DNA of 56,007 nt, filler included, from Squatina squatina (lineage: Eukaryota), in the NCBI GenBank assembly GCA_031763465.1. It is 3 parts of 3 records of this genome, joined end to end, with 100 filler letters (N's around TTAATTAATTAA, not from the genome) between each part and the next. Parts side by side here need not be neighbours in the genome. Positions count along the whole stretch, not along the records: positions 34,034 to 56,007 come from JARFOE010000162.1; 2 more parts are not named here. One strand, written 5' to 3'. The stretch's first letter is position 1. Each line of letters opens with the position of its first letter. Shown one piece after another: positions 51,508 to 56,007 of the stretch. Both the position numbers and the translations under genes were made by a program. The notes under the pieces are model-generated. The model had not been told where the DNA came from. It saw nothing but the letters and a program-made list of their open reading frames with translations, and ran no database searches.

Positions 51508-51708
51508 CTTGGGAATAAACATAATCCATATCCCGTGCTTTTCTCAAATTAGGCAACTTTCCACCAGTGTAATTATTGCCAGGAATTTTGGGCAATTCTC
51601 TGTTCTGTCGAATTCTTGAATTTCCTGCCTCCTCCTCTCCCTCATCCAAAAGTTCTGTTCTTGGCAGATGCAGAAAGTCCATACTGGCTGGCCAGCTTCT
51701 GAGACTAT
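51508..51708 (-). CDS. LIME1: LIME1-like internal coding exon, cut by an assembly gap
   Basis: tgtgtgtag|DSLRSWPASMDFLHLP...RQNRELPKIP...DYVYSQ. PASMDxL matches recalled LIME1 RPASMDLL; RELPxIP matches the PAG1/LIME1 motif. Confidence 0.75.
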
Positions 51709-53310
51709 CTACACACAAAGTGATAACATTTAATCATTATATCCAGGAATGTAATACTGATGAGCACTTTTTTCATACAAACTTTTTAAAGGAAAAATTT
51801 AAGTTAGACATTATTTACACTTATTCAGCAATTTTAATATTTGGAGATGAAGTAGGAATTAGCGGGAGAGTTTGTGGAGGTGTCCAAAGGTTGAAGGAAT
51901 AGGTTTTGAGGAGATTTTTGAAAGTAGGAAGAGACGAAGCAAGGCATAGAGGTTTTGGGAGAGAATTCAGAGAGTAGATTCATGACCATAACGCTCTAGT
52001 ACTGATGGTGAGAAGGGGAAGGCTGGGGGGAGGGGGGTGCAGTGCGGAGGGCAGGGCAGGGAGGTGGGAAACACAGCTATCACTCAGAAAGATGGAAGTA
52101 TGCTGTCTGCACATCATTGCTTATGTGCCCCAAAACAGGCCATAATTAATATTTACCTGACAAAGTCCTTGACAGTGACTGTTCGACCCTTTCAGCTGAA
52201 GGAAGTTAAAATCAGGGTAAAGGGAAGAAAGGCAATACAAATAATTANNNNNNNNNNNNNNNNNNNNNNNNNNNNNNNNNNNNNNNNNNNNNNNNNNNNN
52301 NNNNNNNNNNNNNNNNNNNNNNNNNNNNNNNNNNNNNNNNNNNNNNNGACCATCTCTTGTCAAACGGCTTCAAAATCACAGGGAGTTAATCTCATCTCAG
52401 ACAAGATTAGACAGGATTTTGTTGTTCAAATAAATGTTTACTAAAGTAAGTGAATCCTGTGATGATGGATTAAATGTGTATTATTAAAAGCTTCACGTGA
52501 CACAATAAAGAGATTCATAATTAACAAGTTCCTCACAGAACAATAATATGAGGTACACTGATTATATCAACCTAACAAATCTACTACATTATGCAATCAT
52601 TCTAATAAAATAGCATCTAAGAAGATGAGGTGGTTTTCCCAGAATCCTAATAAATCCTAGACTAAAGCACACTTTATTCTATTCGATACATAGTTCACAG
52701 CTTTCAGGCCAAATCCACAAAATTGCTAGTAGACCTATCTGTGCACTAAGATAAACTATCAGACACTGTAACCCCTGGCCACAAGCCGACACTAAGTCTA
52801 ACTGCATAAGGTCAGCAGTCTGGTGAAGCAGAACAGCACAGCAGCAGGGGATCGCACTGACTAAGGAAACCAACCTGAACGGATTAAATGCTGATTGAGT
52901 GGTAGGGCTCAGATTGCACGTGTTACCCCGACAGCTCCAAATACAACCGTTGACATTTCATTGAGTCATAGAAATGACAGCACTGAAGTCGACCATCCAG
53001 CTCATCGTGCCAATGCCAGTGCTAGCTCTTTACCTCAAACTATCTACGCTCACCTTAATTCCCTGTCCTTTATCTGTACCATTTTATATTCTTCCTTTAG
53101 AAGTACTCATCCAAATTCCTTGCGATGGGCCTCAACAGCCACTTGTGGGAAAGCATTCCATATCCTGCGCGTGTGTGCGGAAACATTTTTCTAACCTCCC
53201 CACTTTTGTTCAAGCCATAATCCCAAGACGAGGCTAAAGATAATTCTGCAACATGCTCATCTTAAAAAGGAACAAAATTGGACAAGATCTGAAGAGCATA
53301 TAACAAGCTT

Positions 53311-53383
53311 TAATACAAACAAAAAAAGCTGGAAAAACTCAGCAGGTCAGGCAGCATCTGTGGAGAGAAAAACAGAGACAACG
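53311..53383 (+). mobile_element. Second copy of the Penelope-derived palindromic element (left arm, cut by gap)
   Basis: aatacaaacaaaaaaagctggaaaaact is identical to 9063-9090, followed by ggtcaggcagcatctgtggagag. Confidence 0.65.
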
Positions 53384-53483
53384 NNNNNNNNNNNNNNNNN
53401 NNNNNNNNNNNNNNNNNNNNNNNNNNNNNNNNNNNNNNNNNNNNNNNNNNNNNNNNNNNNNNNNNNNNNNNNNNNNNNNNNNN

Positions 53484-53710
53484 AGTCACTAATGAATCCA
53501 ATAAAAATATTCAGGAGAAACTTTTTTACCCAAAGAATAGTTAGAATGTGGAACTTGCTATCACAGAGTAGATCTAAGGGGAAGCTGGGCGAGGGAGAAA
53601 AGAACAGAATATGCAGATAAGGTTAGATGAAGTAGTGTGGGAGGAGGCTCCTGTTGAGCAGAGACCAGTTGGACCAAATGGCCTTTTAGTGCTGTAAATT
53701 CTGTGTAGTT
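53484..53710 (+). mobile_element. CR1 LINE 3' end
   Basis: FRRNFFTQRIVRMWNLL and tail gaccagttggaccaaatggcc..gtgctgtaaattct. Confidence 0.75.
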
Positions 53711-55579
53711 AAGATATAATCTATTCTCATGCTGTACTACATTTTTCTATGATCAAATGGAAATTAACGGTTAGCTGAGAAATTGACATTTCTATATCTC
53801 AAATAACTGAAATGAGTGACTGGATTTGAAAACGGTTTCAATTATACAGAAGCGGAAAGTATTATTTAATAGTGAAGACCTGATCGTTTGTTTTAAAAAG
53901 CCTTGTTATAAATAGACGGAATGAACAATACACTGAAGGAACTGTACACCGAAGGTGAACAATGCCAGCAGGCAACAGCTGCAGATGAAAAACGCGAAGA
54001 ATTGTTGAGCATTGACATCAGCGAGATGGTGTGATTACAGCAGGCTTATTAAAAATCTCAAAGCCATCACGATTCTGACAGTTTCAAGTTCAAGCACCGT
54101 CTCTGATCTCAGGAAAATGCTAGAAAGAGATCAATTTTGAGCGCTGCATTTTAAGCAGCTTCTGCTTGATGGCTGCTATCGACATATTTAATCCTGTGCT
54201 AATCGTTTATGTGCACATTGCAAATAAACGACCAGGGGTCGACTTTACAACGATCACTGAGTAGGTCACATCAGATATTTGCATAAAACAAATTCTCTCC
54301 AGTTTCTCATCTAAAATGGGCAATGTACAACTGCAATTTTTAAATCCATTGCTTAATTTATGAGGGATGTATCCCATCACGACACTAGGGCTTTTATATA
54401 CGTAAAAAATTATTTGTATGTATTTTTCAAAAATGCACTGGCACAAGCATATCTCGCGCTCTCATATACACACACATATATAGATGTGGGAAATGAGTTG
54501 ATTATAGTAATTGTACGAATTTGCTATCTGATTGGCAATTCCCCATCATTGCACTGACGGATACCATGGAATTAGAGAAAAAAGGTTAACAGATTAAAAA
54601 CTTCACCCCTCAGTTCAGACGCAGCTTAAAACGGTTCTTATATTTTAAAAAATCTTATTAAACTGCACCATTCAATGCATAATCGATTGTTAAATAGGTT
54701 ACTCACTCAGAAAAAGAAATCTTGTAAAAGTGATCTATTGCGCCTTGGTTTCGGGGTCATGTGTCTCCCAATTTCTCTGAAGCAAATGTTTCTCATGGAA
54801 CACCGTTGTCTGGCATTGGTTGCAACACGTTTATTGCATCGCATTGTGCAGCTTCACGATTAAGGGAAAGTAAAACCAAATCGCAGTGTTCTTCAAGCGT
54901 TCGAGACGAGTGATACTACCTCATGTTGTATGGGTGCTCAGTTTGCAGCGATCGTATTNNNNNNNNNNNNNNNNNNNNNNNNNNNNNNNNNNNNNNNNNN
55001 NNNNNNNNNNNNNNNNNNNNNNNNNNNNNNNNNNNNNNNNNNNNNNNNNNNNNNNNNNATGGTGAATTTACAGCTCTTCCTGAAGTTGCTTTTGGTCCAG
55101 TGTTGCACTTTTTTCTACTTTGACTCTCCATTAAGCAACACTTTGAACAAGTGACTATTCACAATGTTCTGAGCCTGATTGACTCTGGCTACAGTGCCCA
55201 AGCTTGGCATCAAAGCTTCTCATAAACATCCTTTTTATATTATTTGTTTTTGGGATGTGGGTGATGCACATTTATTGCCTATCGCTAGTTGCCCTGCCTG
55301 ATTGAAATCTTTAAACTAATGAGGGCCCAAGAAGCTACAGTGACAATTAGGCATATCATCCAACATCACACTTACCTTTTGTATGCTGTGATATCAGACA
55401 CAGCCAGCAAGTTGTTCAGCTCCCTATTGACTGCCTGCAGTGAATCTATTCTCACTGCACAAGCTAAAAACTTGTTCCAAAGGTTCATGACCCTCTGTGA
55501 AAAGAGAGTAGGCCATTTCAGAGGGCATTAAGAGTCAGATAAATAGAGTGAACTAGAATGATGTAAACGAAACTGGTTA

Positions 55580-55722
55580 GGGGTGGTAGCCAGTTGGATG
55601 AACCAGTTGGGTTTTTAACAACAATCCAGTGGCTTTCATTTTCATATTTCCATGATGCTAGCTCACAAATTATCAGATTTATTGAATTCAGTTTCACAAC
55701 GTGGAGGGATTTGAACTCATGG
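55580..55722 (-). mobile_element. tRNA-derived SINE fragment
   Basis: gaaccagttgggtttttaacaacaatc...gatttattgaattca...gggatttgaactc, with a reverse B-box-like gagttcaaatccc. Confidence 0.4.
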
Positions 55723-56007
55723 AGACTGAAATTGGCTGTTGTCACATTTCAAACGCTGCAGCACTTTTCAGAGCCCAAACAGCGCCCGGCGTTAATAGCG
55801 TCATTGAGTTGCGAAATTGGCTAAAGTTTTCATTCTGACCAGGCGTGGCATTGTTGGAGGCACTGACAGCTGCGTGGAGGTGCTGTAGGGGTGCTCTCTT
55901 GACTGCTCACAGCTCTATCAGGTGACCCAGATCGTTGTTCAGTTGCAGTCCCACTGCCTTCATTCATACAAAAGCTTGGCTGCTCACACTTCTGCAGCTT
56001 CTTTGGC

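Noticed and set aside
55376-55434. Possible upstream LIME1 exon (ctgcag|...aaag|gtaag on the minus strand)
   Set aside because: No transmembrane segment, CxxC palmitoylation motif or other LIME1 similarity, so it cannot be supported.

Overview
Gappy vertebrate genomic DNA, most likely a cartilaginous fish (inferred from its CR1 and L2 LINEs, DeuSINE/SacSINE1-like SINEs and Penelope-derived hairpin elements). Two artificial spacers (44 N + TTAATTAATTAA + 44 N, at 15190-15289 and 33934-34033) split the window into three pieces whose adjacency may not be real. Piece 1 (1-15189, + strand) holds the main finding: a VLDLR-like locus with at least four tandem, diverged copies of the YWTD beta-propeller exon cassette. 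Most exons have canonical splice sites, LDLR/VLDLR-type lengths (172/225/119/140/142 bp) and open frames, and a single LDLR class A exon lies downstream of the propellers. Piece 2 (15290-33933) is non-coding and repeat-rich, with no gene I can identify. Piece 3 (34034-56007, - strand) carries the first two coding exons of a ZNF395/ZNF704/SLC2A4RG-family gene (probably SLC2A4RG), its CpG-rich promoter, and two exons of a LIME1/PAG1-family adaptor (probably LIME1) with PAG1-like C-terminal features. Exon boundaries were read from the sequence; repeat boundaries are approximate. Homology calls come from recalled sequences, not database searches.
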